NCBI GenBank assembly: GCA_002633005.1
Contig: NMRA01000114.1
Coordinates: 212,835-276,834, forward strand
Direction of reading: 5' to 3'
DNA from: Phoronis australis
Taxonomy: Eukaryota > Animalia > Phoronida
DNA: 64,000 bases
Part shown: in pieces, positions 1-13,500 of the stretch
Layout: each line of letters starts with the position of its first letter
Position numbering within the stretch: the stretch's first letter is position 1
The notes under the pieces: model-generated
The model's database searches: none
What the model saw: the letters and a program-made list of their open reading frames with translations, nothing else
What the model was told of the DNA's origin: nothing
Program-made: the position numbers and the translations under genes

Positions 1-398
1 TGTGAACAAGGTCTCCGTCACTCACACTACTGTCACTGTGATACGGGTCACCGACTCCAGCCATTTTCAGCTTACAACACACTAAACAATCCCTAAATCC
101 AACGTAGTTGAGTTCTCTACTAACCTATCTTGCCGCAGAATACTCGCCGATGAAAAGTGGTGGCGACAATTGTTGAAAAACAGCACAAAACAAAAGTAGA
201 ATAGAACAGATTCGCACGGTAAAGTCAACGCAAAACCAAGTGGCGGGAAACGCTTGCCTCCTAAAACGTCACTTCCGGAGTAGCTATCAAGTAATTTATA
301 AAATTACGAAAAGCTGTAATTAAGTGGAAAATACGTCTAGGATAACCAACCAACCTTATTTTAGCTCAAAATTACATGGAAAAGGGTTGCCTTCGCCT
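1..398 (+). mobile_element. Right end of a Kolobok-type DNA transposon (same family as 11960-13500), continuing upstream of the window
   Basis: Near-identical to 13103-13500; ends ...GCCTTCGCCT followed by TTAA (399-402), matching the Kolobok TTAA|AGG...CCT|TTAA terminus; carries the 5' part of the minus-strand KolX-like ORF. Confidence 0.8.
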
Positions 399-1293
399 TT
401 AAGGCACGCATGATACTTTTATCTGAGTAGCTATATTTCACAATTCATGAGAGGTTTTGCAAAGCGACATGAACGTGAATTATCACGCATTTATAATACC
501 GCACCAAACATGCTATTGTTGGCTTTCACGTAACCCCGATAATGTTTGAGTATTTTACGCGACTACCGACAAATTCGGGTAGCTTTAAACGAGAAACCTG
601 TCGCCCTTCTTCAATCTTATTTGGTATTTTATTTTTTTAGGTTCTTAATAATCTTTCTTCTTTGCTTCTCAATCAGTTTAAAATGAACACGATTCTTGTA
701 TCTATAAAAGTTCTTAAAGTTTCATTGTAAGAAAGCACTTTTCCAAAGTCCTAACTCTGCCAGGGTTGGCTGGATATCATTGAACTAGAATGGATTTTTA
801 ACACATGTCGTTTGTGTTATTACAATTTTATACGCTTAATTTACATGCATCTATTCATTTAAACTCCAAAGGAGTTTTGCATTCTAAGAATCGACAATTT
901 TTCGCAGGCGTTTGGTGAAACGACTTTTTTACATCCAACATCAGTTTCTGTCTGGCGGATATGTACTACTATAACTGGACACCCTGAACTCAGTTGCTCA
1001 GTTCACGTTCACTTTCACGTTAAAGTATTAGCTGTTGAGAAACCACTTTTGTACTGTAAAGTGAATCGGCACGCGCAATTACGTATGCGTCATAACTCAC
1101 GTACACGTCACATAGCTAAACTTCTCTATTGTTTATAACTTAACCAATGAAAACATGTACATGTAGGTCAGTTCTGAAAGATACTGTGAAATGGCCATAA
1201 ATAATAAGAAATTTCCAGTATAGGGGCAAAATACTTGTTTAGTGTGCTAGTATTAACAAAATCCGGCAATTCCATTAGGCACTATCGATTTAC

Positions 1294-3929
1294 CTGGTAT
1301 ATTTCATTTTCCTTGTATAGGAGCTTGACCGAGCTGTTTGTGGCACTGGAGACGTCCAGCACGAATGGTAAAGATCAATAAGAGCCCACAAATATTGTAA
1401 ATGATTATTGAGGCTTCAAAGCAATCGTCTTCAGAATCAATCTATTGCACTGTCCACGGAACTGCCAGCACGAAAGCTAAATTCGTACCGCCAACTTCGA
1501 ACTCATAGTTACTGTAGATTGCAGTCGATCGCAACAGGATTTCCATAGCTTATTGCATTTGTGTGGAAGAGCACTGTTTTTGTATATTTTATAGTAAAGA
1601 TTCAGAAGAAGAATAGAAGTAGAAAAAATGTTTTTGGCTTTACATTTTAAATGATTTGATGTGGCATTGATACATACAGCTAATTACCTTCAGTATTTGA
1701 GTAAGAAGTGTTCTGCCACATGCACACGTACTATTGTTTGGTATACAAGTGACATGAAGCGGTATTGGTGACTATTAGCAAATACAGCTTCTACTATCTG
1801 CAGTATTGATTCACGATGTTTGTTCTACACATGTATACTAATATTAAATGCAGAATCACAGGTTTTCAGAATTTCAAAAACATTTTTTTCATTTTGATAA
1901 ATATAAACGAATTGTAACATGACGGCACGCGACAACCTATTGAACTTTTTTTAACGTTCATTGCATTTCAAAGCCTCTTCAAATCACTTTGCAAGGGATT
2001 TTTTAAAAAGTTGCAACACAAGAGAATGCTATATCTGTGATTTCTATTCTTTAGTCAGTGTCCATCATACCTCCTAGTTTGATGTTACAATAGAAAGTCT
2101 TTTTATGCTTGGTAAGTGTCATTTTCTTGGCGTATACATAAAACCTGAAAAGTTTAGTGGCTATGTTATGGATAACGTTTCCATTCACGTTATTGTGAAA
2201 AACTAGCTAGAAAACCTAGATTTTATTCACCATTATTCTAACATTTAATGTTCAGAAACCCGTGGTAGAACTCCAAGACAGTGTTGCCCTTCGTGAGCGC
2301 CTTAGGCCACGCTCATTCGATAGAAAAATCGTAATTTTCCATACCACGCTGTAAAAACACATATAAACTAAGCTTGAGAAAGAGTTTCCCTCCAAATGGG
2401 ATCTTTGTTTTTTCTTAATGAGTTTTAAGGAACTGGACCTGTTTTTCACTAACTTTAAACCATGCAGCTGTACATAGTGAACATTAATTTTCTTACCTGG
2501 ACTGTTGTGAGTACGCTGTCTGAAAAATCCTTAGGCGATGCTTGTATTTAAAAGATTATAAACCCTCCTCTACTTTTTGATTGGCTGATACTTGGAACAT
2601 CACTCGTAGTCTAGGAAAGACGCTGTTTAACCAATCACGCATCATACCATTCTGACATTGAATAATTGAACATTTTCTCGACGTTATGCTTTTCGCCGCT
2701 TCGTAAAGTTTGCCACCCAAGCGAGAACCCTTCTAGTTTTAAACGCACGCGCTTAACTTAGCAGGCCTGCAGTATAAGCTGCGCTAAGATAAGTTGGTCA
2801 TGTTTGTAGAATGACTTCTTGGGTTGGTCGTGTGGGAAACTTGGAACACCGATTAATAAATTGGAATTCTGACCTGGTTCAAAGTGTATCAAGAATAGGC
2901 AAGTAATCGTGTTTGTTGGAGTTACTGACAAAGAAGTTGAAAAACGTAGATTTTATCTGACCTTGTAACTATTGGGAACCGTACAAAGCTTTGATTTATT
3001 CATAATCAAGATTGGTTGAGTGCCATCAACTTCACTGCACGATTTCAATCATGGCTCAACTGAAAAATGGATCCAATCAGCGAGCTGCTAAGACGAAGTT
3101 TGACGCGATAGCCCATTTTATTTTAGTTTTTTTTTCAAAATACGGTTAACCCGCCAAATTTTTAGCACAACGTGATCTTGTTATATGGAGTAATGGACGC
3201 GGTAGCGCCATACATTGACAGAAAACATTTTATTAAAAGAGCTGGTGTTAGGCGGCCGTTCAACTATCTGACTGTCTGTATTCCTTTCGGAATGGTGTGC
3301 AATTGATTATTCGAAAATAAGGATTTTAAAAATCGTTTAATGCTACGAGGTACCAAGACAACAACGACCTGTCATTTTGAGGTCGCGTTGTGTGTTGTAT
3401 CTTTTCACATCCTATCGCCATTTTTGCAACATTATTTCCTAGCCCATACCTGCAAGAGTGTTGGCTGAATTTTATTTTTTGTTATTCTGTTATGGAAAAT
3501 CTCTCGGAAATTTCTAATTCATTGAAAATTTCCACACTTTTAAAAAGTGTATACTAACATTTTTCTGTCAAATTCTTTTAAAAAGTCTCTATTAGGTATA
3601 TTTGCCGTCCGGGCTGAACACCGAAATCCAGATTCTGGAAGTCACGGGTCAGCGGCTTTCAAGTTTAATTCAGAATGATAACTCAAATATTAAAGAGCAA
3701 AAACCGAAATATTTTTATTCTTGATGTTGACCTGGCATGCATGCCCAGTGTATTTTGAAATGTTTACGATTTGCGAATGTAAGCACGAAAATGATATTTT
3801 CGAGCTAGGCAAAGACGTTTTCCACTTAATTCACAGAATAATTTGTACAGACCGTGGACTAAAGCCAGTTCCAACTTACCAGACCATCAAGGTAGTCAAG
3901 ATGATCACTTTGGTATCACGTGGCTGCAT
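1294..3929 (-). other. Candidate exons of an unidentified gene or pseudogene, possibly secreted
   Basis: 3929-3880 reads MQPRDTKVIILTTLMV with a TG|GTAAGT donor. 1345-1294 (CTCCAG acceptor, CAG|GTAAAT donor) continues in phase: CATNSSVKLLYKENEIYQ. No recognisable homology. Confidence 0.25.
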
Positions 3930-6441
3930 TTTCGCTGGTGTCTCGAGCAGATTCAGTTCAGGAGTAGAAGATTTAAATCCGCGAGTTTGAAGACTAGACA
4001 AAGACGGCAGTTGACTTCAAGTGGCTACAGTAGCTACTTCCGAGCACGGACCCATGCTGAGTTAATCGAGCATCACCAACGGATTCAAGGTTGACGTTTG
4101 GCCTAATGGATGTGACTGTGTGCATAGCAAATATCTACAAGTTTATGACATGAAGCTGGTAAAAGCATGCATTTTCTGAAAGTAGGGAGACCATGACGTT
4201 TGATGGTTGACTCTTTGCCAATTTGTTTTTAAATGGCTCATGTGGCTATGTCATTTTAATGAAATCTAGTAAAGGTGTCATATGTTGGTCCTTCCTGATT
4301 TACAACAGCAGTGTGTCTAAATGATTTGTTTGATAAGAGTTATTACGTAAGCATTGATATAATTGAGATGCCGCTTTTGACTACTTAACAATAGTTGTAT
4401 GTTAATAGAGTTCTTCAACAATCCATTTTGAGCGCTAAAATCAAGACAAAAAGTAACACTTAATTCCCCAGTGTTTGTTTTCTGATTGTAACTTAAATGT
4501 TTACTAATAAAAGTATTTACTTAACCTCGAAAAATTACTCCTTATATTTGCTTAAAGTCCTTGTTGCAAACTGCCCATGTGGTTCTAGTATCCGAAAATA
4601 CTTACTACATAAAATCTTATTTTCGACACCCTTTCTTTATATTCTTTTCGCCTTTCTTGCCAAAAACGATTTTTCAACCGTATTTGACCCTTTTCTCTGA
4701 GCGTATGATCATCGGTTATTTCCGTACCCACATTTCCGGCTCATCAGTTCAGGAACTTGTCCTGAAAGCCGCCATTTTTTCCTTGTAACTGAATGTGCTA
4801 TCGCTTGCTCGAAAAGTCTTCATTATTTTGTTTTGTTAGTAATATCTCGTGATTCGTTTGCATATGTAGTGTATTTATAGTTTGTAGTTAGTGGTCGTTG
4901 ATGTTTTTTGGAATGTTACGCGTACTTAGTATGTTAAAATAGCATTGGTGTTTAGTTCCTTACGTAGGCCGGTCGAACCTAGGAACCAATATGGGTCGAA
5001 CCTTTTTTTTAGGTTTTATTTTTTTTTCTCGTTTTGAAAAAGTACTTTGCTATCATCGGAAAGGTAGTGCATTCTACTCAGTAAAAATCGAAAAAGTATC
5101 AAAATCTGGGCAAGCAGTGTAAAGTTAATGCAAGTTTTGTGGCGAAATTTGGGTCACTTTGTTTGGATCGCGTCGGCCATATTGGAGGACAGCGGGATAA
5201 GTTACGAGTTTAAAACTTTGTGTAAATTGTTTTCGCCAACAAATTACGGTGAAATTTAGTTACACATAACTTTACTTACTATTCTGCACGACTCAACAGT
5301 GTTCACCAAATTTCAGCCTCGCAGTTGTTACTCATTAAGTGATAAATGTGCTCACAATTCCCGTTGGACTTCGTCTCATTTCTGGCGGCACCGACAACAT
5401 GGCGACTTTTGCTGAACTCAAAGGCACGTTCAATCGGCTACTTTGTAATTTGTGAAGATTTAACGTTGATACATTTTGACAAACGTTGCTACAAAAAAGA
5501 AACTTTGTTCAATTTTCGTGTTTTTGTGCAAAAATATAAGATGTATTTGAATTATTTTTCTGTAAATTTCCCATTCAGGTGATCTTACACTAAGCTGAAA
5601 AAATAGTTGAAATAATTTTGAAATGTTTTTGTTTGACTGTCAACTGCTGTTCAAGACTTGATTCGGTGTCACAAAATGATTCATATTTTTCTAAATTTTA
5701 AGTCTCAATTGCTTTCAAGTCGTGTTTTATAACTTATTGCTTCTTAATTCAGGTTATCAAGTCAACAATATGAATAATCTTAATTTGAGAAATAACTTAG
5801 CTATGTTGGATTGTGAAGCTTCAAGCCACTAATTCTTGTTCCTTGCAACTTCATATTTTTTAAATGATGCTTTTCAAATTCTGGTGTCAGGAAACACTAT
5901 TTCGTCACCATGGTAATAGTTACATGTATGTCCACTTTTATATCATGGAAACTGTTGCTGTTGAATAGTGTTTGTAATGCTAAATGTAAAGTATCGTGCA
6001 TTTTAAGTTACTTATTATGTTAAAAGTTTGAATCATTTTGGGTTAATGAATAAAAAATGATAACATGTTGTATTGGACTTGTCATACTTATGTGCTCGAA
6101 CGAGCCCCCTTTTTGGAGAACTGGAAAAAGGTCTGCCTCAGTCACAGAAACACGAATTCCGAAAAAAGTAGAAAATGAGACAATATTCCACTAGAAGACA
6201 GGAAATACCAAAATCTGCAATTCATAGCTCTGAACATACCCACTGAATCTTACAGTAAAAGATAGACATTCCTAAAAATTCCAGCCCCCCCCCATTCTCT
6301 TAGGCTTGGTGCGCTCATACAAAGTCTGGGAAAATCTCTATTGAAAGCCAACAACTTTGCACAGTTCGCCAGAAGTACCCAAGTTCTAAATAAACCTCGT
6401 TTGAGCGAGCGCTGTGGCCAGCGACCAGTTAGGCCTAAGGG

Positions 6442-6521
6442 TAGCCTTGGCGCAAAGCTGTATAGGCCTAACAAGCTGTATTTTGACGATAGTCTTCACT
6501 GGTTGCTGGTGACTGAGGCTA
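6442..6521. mobile_element. 80-bp mini derivative of the AcademH-like non-autonomous family
   Basis: TAGCC...GGCTA termini; TAGCCTTGG..CAAAGCTGTATA and TATTTTGACGATAGTCTTC blocks are shared with the two ends of 31966-32927. Confidence 0.55.
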
Positions 6522-7685
6522 ACTAAAGTCTGCCGCGGCAGTGTTACACAGGACTAACCAGCCCGTAATTTCATGCAAGTATCTGAAACTACCCTTGAAT
6601 ATATGCAGCATTTATCATTTGACCATTTTACTTCGACAAAACAGCTTGCAACCGCATGCATTTACCGTTCGCCAGTGTCTGGTCTCGATCCGCACCGGGT
6701 CCGATAGGCTGCGGTCCCGAGTCTGGCAAAATAATTTCTGTCAAAATTCATTCGCCACATTTCTTCAGCAAATTCGATAAAATTGTCTGTAGTTTGATTT
6801 TATTAAAATTAAGGCGCGCTGTCGATCATTTTATCCCCGTTTGCTGGCTGGTAAGAGTACAGGACATCCAGTCGCACTGACGGCGTTTTCTCGGCCTGGG
6901 TTCCTGAATGAATTGTACTTCCGGGTTCGCGGCAAGTTCAAAATGGCGGTGTTTCTTCGGGTGCGAATCGTGAGTGGCGCGTTCATTTAAACTGTTTTCG
7001 AGTACGGATCGTGTATTAGTTATGGGGTAGGTACTTCTTGGATCCTTATAACATCTTCTAACCATGTAATAAGGGTTAACAACGCGTGAGACAAGGACTT
7101 TAACTAATTTTGTGTGTTCTTATTATAAGAATTCAGTGTATACTTGTTATCCAGAGATGGCACTTTGTAAATAAAATTCTATACCATAAATTTAACAGTT
7201 GGTGGAAGCGTCTCAGAACTTCACCACAAGCCAAGGCTTCGTGTACACAAGTACCGTATAGGTGGCGGTACTCCAACAACACTGCATGTGATCTTAAATT
7301 AAAGTGCCCCTAATCGTTACCCGTGTTTTCTAAAGGGTAGCAGGTAGTGCATGGAAATGTCGAGAAGAAATAGCTACACCTTCATGTGAACATTAGTGTT
7401 CATCGCATGAGACAGGAATATTTCGTGAAAAGACAGTTTTATTTTAAAGCTTTAACGGAACTTCTGGCAGATTTTGGAAGGGTGTGCTGATGCTGACAGT
7501 AATTTTTTTTCCAGAACATTTGACCCTGCCGTCATGATGTACGGTAATCAGCTATTCTTTAAAAGGGAAAAGTAAGGAAGCATTTAAAAATAGTCTTACA
7601 CAAAGTATATATTGTATTTACAAGAGTCACACCATAAATGAACATATTAAGGTAGAAAGCCAGCTAGCTGTATTAATCAAGGCTA

Positions 7686-8295
7686 TAGTCAATTTACAGC
7701 TACATGTAGGTAGCTGTGTGTTGAGCTACGTTAGGCATCGAAATTTCACACAACCCGGGTAGCTCAGCTTAGTCGTCACTTCGTAGTGACTATCAACATG
7801 TAGAGCTAATCACCGGCGAGGGTGCATGCAGAATCTGGCAATCAATCGACATTCACCTTGTCCGTTACAGCCGTTGAAGTGAAAAAATCTAATAAACGTG
7901 ATTTTTCCGTAAATTCCTCCCTTTGAAACAAAGAAAATCCGGTCGTTTTAAAAACGGTGTGTTTGTGACACACGCACGCCACTCCGTCTAAAAGTTTGCG
8001 ACTGATCTCTCTGGAGATTATGGCTTCGTTCCTGTAGCTGCAAAATTTGTTCTGAAAATACTAAAATCTTGCGACAAAATGAAACCACTTCCGATTCTTA
8101 TGATATGTTGTACGCAACCTCGTAGAAGAGAAGAACGGTTTATTGAAGAATCAGGGAAATTGGACAATAGGTGACGCATTGGCGCCGAAAGCCGACTCAA
8201 AAGAGCCAACCACAATTTTAGCAACAAAATAACGGTAGAACGCCAATTTTTCTTCCAAAATCGAAAAATAATTAAATGTACTCAAGGAAAACAGG
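7686..8295 (+). mobile_element. Truncated copy of the AcademH-like non-autonomous family
   Basis: Aligns by eye with the reverse complement of about 32070-32915 and with about 36000-36640 (e.g. CACCTTGTCCGTTACAGCCGTT, TAACGGTAGAACGC). Confidence 0.7.
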
Positions 8296-8464
8296 GCTTG
8301 GGGGCTATGGCTCCCAATTTTTTTTCAGTGCTACGGCGCACATGGTCTATAGGCAATGCACCACAGGGGAGCTGAGGGAACTATAGCCCTCACTTTTTTC
8401 AGTGCTGCGCCGCCCATGTAATAACATCACTAATTTTGCGGCGACAGGCCCGAAGAACTTCACT

Positions 8465-9385
8465 CTCAATATCGGGAATAATACACTTACAAGGAAGTCA
8501 CGCATTTTTAAAGATGTGCGGAAATTTTCAGGGCTCGTCCTTCTGAGCGGCTTTTACCAGGATCAAAGAGAGCGCGGCGTCGGAGTCGGATACAGTTGTT
8601 ATGACTGCATTGTCCGGTTTTGACAAGAGCCATTTAAGTGTAACTAACCGAACATAAACTGTAGTAAACATATCTGCCTGTACATAATGACGAATTTTCA
8701 AAATCAATTTTCGTTAAAAAACGAACACCCCGGCGCTTTTCATCTGAAAAAACAACCAAGTATGGTTTTCGATTCTTAAAAATCGATGAACTAATAAGCT
8801 AAAAACTACAAACATTGGGTGGATTTATCAACGCTGATCAGAGGTAACAATATCACATGCATTAATCTTTTAATATTCTTACCAGGATACAGTTGTACTT
8901 AACTTGTTCTCACAATTAACTGAACTAATTTAGTTTCGCTGGCGATCAAGATCTACATCTGTTCTGGTACTTCAAGTTCAAAATTTAATGAAATGCTATC
9001 AACCCGAAAAAACAAGTACACAGAGGTATTAAAAATTAAATAACGAAAACCGTTACGAAACATATAAAAAAACTATCGTTCATTTGAGAAAAGTCCCTTT
9101 GGAAAGATAAATTATTATTGATTTTTATAGTTATTTTGTAATATTTAAAATGTACCAAGTTAAAACTATTCTCCGAAGTTGCAGGCTGTAACTCTGTACA
9201 AATGTCAGAGAATCAAACCAATTTGGGTGTAATTACAACTTGTTGAGACAGTAGTACTAGCTATTACCTTTCGACTTCATTATCTCAGATCTACATCAAA
9301 GGGCGTGATGAATAGGCATCATAAACGTTGTCAGGAGCTAAGGGAATATGAGATGTGACCAGTGTAAGCGAGAAATTCTCCACAG
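8465..9385 (+). pseudogene. Diverged duplicate of the neurensin 3' end and 3' flank
   Basis: Colinear with about 24120-25300 (GAATAATAC.CTTACAAGGAAGTCACGC, CTCGTCCTTCTGAG, AACAACCAAGTA, CAGTGTAAGCGAGAAATTC); the main neurensin CDS is absent. Confidence 0.75.
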
Positions 9386-9953
9386 GAGTATACACGCGAC
9401 GGAAGCCAGAGCGAGTGAAGTTGAGCCGACGGATTGACGTCACCCAGACCTTTAAGCACTCGGACTGATGTCACCAAGGCCATTACGAAACTGGCCACCC
9501 TCTCTCCGCGAAAAAAAACGGCACGCAAGAGAAAATAGAGCACATTGAATCTAAATAGGGGTCGATACACTACCTGGGACCAAGGCGCTGCCCCACGGGG
9601 ACAACGAAGGTCTGTAGTGGAACGGGGGAAGCGGAGTTTGTGAAAATGATAAATTTTATAAATTAGATAGAACCTACGATTAAACGCGAGGCTCCTACAC
9701 GCACAGCTGCTCATGATTATAAAGTGAAAAATTGCTCACGTACAAGTACGTGACATCTCTCCAACAAAACTGTCATCATAAATTAAAGTGCCACCAAACC
9801 TACGACCAGCATTATGCTAGTACCAGCACAACTGCTAATGGTAATAAAATGTAAACTATGTTCTTTCAAGAACACGTATACCGCATACATGTACATGACG
9901 GTCCTCCAACAACACTGTGGTCATAAACTAATGTGGCAAATTAAATCAGTTTT

Positions 9954-10152
9954 TGGCCACAATAAGATCAAAAACCGGACGATCACCGCACAAATAAAAA
10001 AGTTCAAGTTCAATTCAACGTTTCGTCTTTTCATTAGACATCATCAGGATCATATTTACAACAATTAAGGACAACAAGTGCCAACATACAGCTCAGGTAG
10101 CATCCATAGAGTGAAGTGCGGCGATCGTCCGGTTTTTGATTTTAATGTGGCA
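9954..10152. mobile_element. Short MITE-like element with terminal inverted repeats
   Basis: GCCACAATAAGATCAAAAACCGGACGATCACCGCAC at the left is the near reverse complement of GTGCGGCGATCGTCCGGTTTTTGATTTAATGTGGC at the right. Confidence 0.6.
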
Positions 10153-10340
10153 AACAACACGATTCTTACTTAATTATTTATTCTTGTGTTAGCATTGCAC
10201 CAATTACAGTGTAAGTCTAGTAATGGTATTCATTTTGTTGTAAAACAGTAATTATACAGATAATTTAATATTGTTAAGTATAAGTCATGTTCAGGCGCAG
10301 AACACATCAAATGAAACAGCCTAATTGGTAAATAGTGAGT

Positions 10341-11355
10341 GGCCCTTAAAAGGGCCGTTGGGTTTTTGGTACTCAAGGAGTGGGTTACCACAGTGCTATG
10401 TGGTCGTCTATTGTAAAAAAGCCTGTCGACCACTGTTGCCCGCATAAGGTTCCCCCCACATGAACTCGTTAAAATGCGCATCCATGTCAGGGAGGACACC
10501 ACACATGGTTGGTGTGTGCGCCAGTCTGTGTAGTTCATGGTATGGTTGACCGCCTGGTGTGGGTACGGCGGCACAACGGGGACTAGGCAATACCGTTGTA
10601 GTTAGCTCACATGTTGCTGTAGATGACGGAGCCGACCAAGATGAACTTTGTATGATGGGGGAAGTGTATTGGCGTTCCTGTTCGGCACAAACTGCTGAAA
10701 TCCAACGTCCTGTGCGGGGAAGTATCCTCCAAACACCCATCGTTGCTAAACCACATGGGTCACGTTGTTCTGTCTTCTTGCCATCAACGACTCGTCAATT
10801 TGCACGACTCCGTGGTCACCAACCTGTATGGGGTTGTTCATGAGTTGGGTGGAGCATGCGTCTCGGAGATAGCCGTACAGGCCAGGCATCTACTTTTAGA
10901 CCAAACCACTGAGAACAAGGATTTCTAAACTGAAGACTCACCCAGGACTTGTTCCATGTGGCCTGTCAGCCAGGGGTAAACAAATTGTTGCAGCACCGAG
11001 ATGAAAGCAAGACTGTAAAATCTTCTTGTAAAATTGTGACAACAAAAGGAAAAAAAACAAATAGCCAGTGAAGTCAAAGAATGATGATGAGCTTGCCCAT
11101 GGGGAGAGAGGGGTGTGCGGCAACACTTCACGAGATTATTCAAAGATTCTCACTCATAAACGTCTGGGATCAAACAATTGGCCAGAAGTTGTGTAAACTG
11201 GTGTGCTGATAAAACGGGTGGGATATTACTTGGTGTTTTACTGATAACATCGATACAGAGATGAACAGATTGACTTGTGGCACCGTGTTGCTTGAATGTA
11301 CGTTGGGTTTGACTCTTCTGTTTTGTAGTATTGGTCCTAAGTTCACCTGCATCAT
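10341..11355 (-). mobile_element. Degenerate Merlin (IS1016/IS1595-like DDE) transposase
   Basis: Minus-strand translation across stops and frameshifts gives GVVQIDESLMARR, QRWVFGG, FVPNRNANTL..IIQ, VIYSNM*ANYN, YPHQAVNH and HFNEFMW, the typical Merlin motif order. Putative terminus GGCCCTTAAAAGGGCC at 10341. Confidence 0.85.
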
Positions 11356-11690
11356 CAGTTCATGATCTCGAGTTTAATGTGACATTGAAAAAGATACTTT
11401 ACTGTGATTTTCTCAAAACGTAGTCAACATGTTGTCATTAACGTCACTTCAACTACACAGTGTAGTGATATACACAGGAAATCAACAAAATTATAGCATT
11501 TCTATTATAATATTTATCTTTTATCACACGTACCTCAAAACTGGTCTTACAAAAATATATAAATTTATTTATAGGGAAATCAACAAAACAAATCCATTGA
11601 ACATTTCCAACGAATTACTGTCTTTTGGAATGTATTAGACTTTCTCATCACTAAATCATAGGACTGATTGATAGTATAACAGTCTCTCAC

Positions 11691-11846
11691 CAGGGGCGGA
11701 TCCAGGATTTTGAGTTAGGGGGGGCAGGGCTAAGTATTTGCCAAGAGTTTGCCCGTCAGACATTCGCACCCCCGTACTGCCAATTGGAATCAGGGAGAAT
11801 TTTAGGGGGGCCATGGCCCCCTTGGCCCCCTCTAAATCCGCGACTA
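11691..11846. mobile_element. hAT-like MITE family A (CAGGGGCGGAT...ATCCGCCACTG), 5-bp TSD
   Basis: Terminal inverted repeats; CTCAC on both flanks. Confidence 0.75.
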
Positions 11847-11959
11847 CTCACAGGAAATCAATAACAATATGAAACCAAATTTTACAATAATCATAGACAT
11901 ATATTTTCATTTAAAATATTCATTGGTCAGAACAATTGTATGTAAGTATTGCCCAATGA

Positions 11960-13500
11960 CACTTATTTACAGCTTTTCGTAATTTTATTAATTACTTGTC
12001 CGCTACTCCGGAAGTGACGTTTTAGGAGGCAAGCATTTCGCGCCAATTTCTTTTCATATAGTCTGACTGTGAGAGCTGCCGAGTCAGTCATTGTTCTACC
12101 TCGGTTGTGTTAAGTTCCGTCGTCGTTTGCTTTCATTTACTAGTCAGTCAACATGCCACACTGTTGCTGCGTACCAGGATGTACTAATTATCGGCTCACG
12201 CGCGCTTTGGGAGTACCTTTGCATCGCTCAATTCCGATGGATGACACACTACCGTGTGTGTGGCAAGCACTTTCTGCCGTCCGATTACGAAAGGGATTTG
12301 TACTCTGAACTGATGAAGGTCCCTGCGAAACAACGTCTGAAGAAGGATGCCATTCCGTCTGTGTTGATTCCCGGCAGTGCCCCTTCGCCACCCCCGAGAA
12401 GTGCGTTTTTGAAGCGAGAAGCTGTAGCCAGTACAGTGACTGGAGCCAGTGGAGGCACTTCATCTATTGTCACCCGTGCCTCCGAACGTACCCCAGAGCG
12501 TGCAATTCCTGGAACCAGTAGTGATTCGCCCTGTGCTGTTTTCTCCAGCCCAGAGCCTCTAAGCAGCCCTGCAGCGATATTGAGTAGTGGGAGTGATTAC
12601 AGGCCCATTTCGACACCCAGTGAAGAGGACAGTTTGTCGTCCAGTGAACAGATCGGTGAGCCAAACTTTGATAAGTTTATTGTGGACTTGTCTAAAGTGT
12701 TGGAGCTATTTAGAAGGTGCCAGGTGTGTGGCGAGGGAGTCACACGACACGATGTAAGCAGTTTGGGTGCTCAGATTACCATCCAGTGGGTGTGTGTCGC
12801 GGGACACTCTGGCAAGTGGGACAGTTGTTCCTCTGTCCGTGGTATGCCGGAGGTCCACTTAACCATGTCCAGTAGTGGCTTGACCTGGTCGAACTCTGAA
12901 CAGCACAAGCATTCCATTGTGGTAGGCATAACAACGCACACAGTGCATTTGCACCAAGATGTGTCACCACGTCTGTCCTCAGTAGCCGCCTCGTTTCTCT
13001 CAACAGCTGCCTGTGCCTGTGCGTACTCTGCCTCGTTATACTCGGGCTCAAACATGTACCCACCCTCTGAATGTCCATGAAAAAATTCCTCGTCACCACT
13101 GCTGTGAACAAGGTTTCCGTCACTCACACTACTGTCACTGTGATACGGGTCACCGACTCCAGCCATTTTCAGCTTACAACACACTAAACACTCCCTAAAT
13201 CCAACGTAGTTGAGTTCTCTAATAACCTATCTTGCCGCAGAATACTCGCCGGTGGAAAGTGGTGGCGACAATTGTTGAAAAACATCACAAAACAAAAGTA
13301 GAATAGAACAGATTCGCACGGTAAAGTCAACGCAAAACCAAGTGGCGGGAAACGCTTGCCTCCTAAAACGTCACTTCCGGAGTAGCGGACGAGTAATTTA
13401 TAAAATTACGAAAAGCTGTAATTAAGTGGAAAATATGTCTAGGATAACCAACCAACCTTATTTTAGCTCAAAATGACATGGAAAAAGGTTGCCTTCGCCT
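11960..13500 (+). mobile_element. Internally deleted Kolobok transposon: frameshifted THAP-transposase N-terminus (+) and KolX/P2X7-C-like ORF (-)
   Basis: ATG 12153 gives MPHCCCVPGCTN, then a frameshift into RVCGKHF...RLKKDAIPSV (THAP domain) and CxxC...WxCxxGH. The opposite strand from ATG 13166 gives YMFEPEY...SWCKCTVCVVMPTTMECLCCSE. Long TIR (11960-12045 vs about 13344-13430); right end CCT|TTAA; outer part of the left TIR missing; no DDE core. Confidence 0.85.

Noticed and set aside
6943-6975. Possible first exon (AAAATGGCGG ... GTGAGT)
   Set aside because: A YY1/Kozak-like motif with a donor, but no downstream exons could be linked.
12091-13184. Overlapping antisense host genes (THAP protein and P2X7 receptor)
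   Set aside because: Both lie inside a TIR-bounded transposon; the THAP is frameshifted, and the overlap results from an internal deletion.
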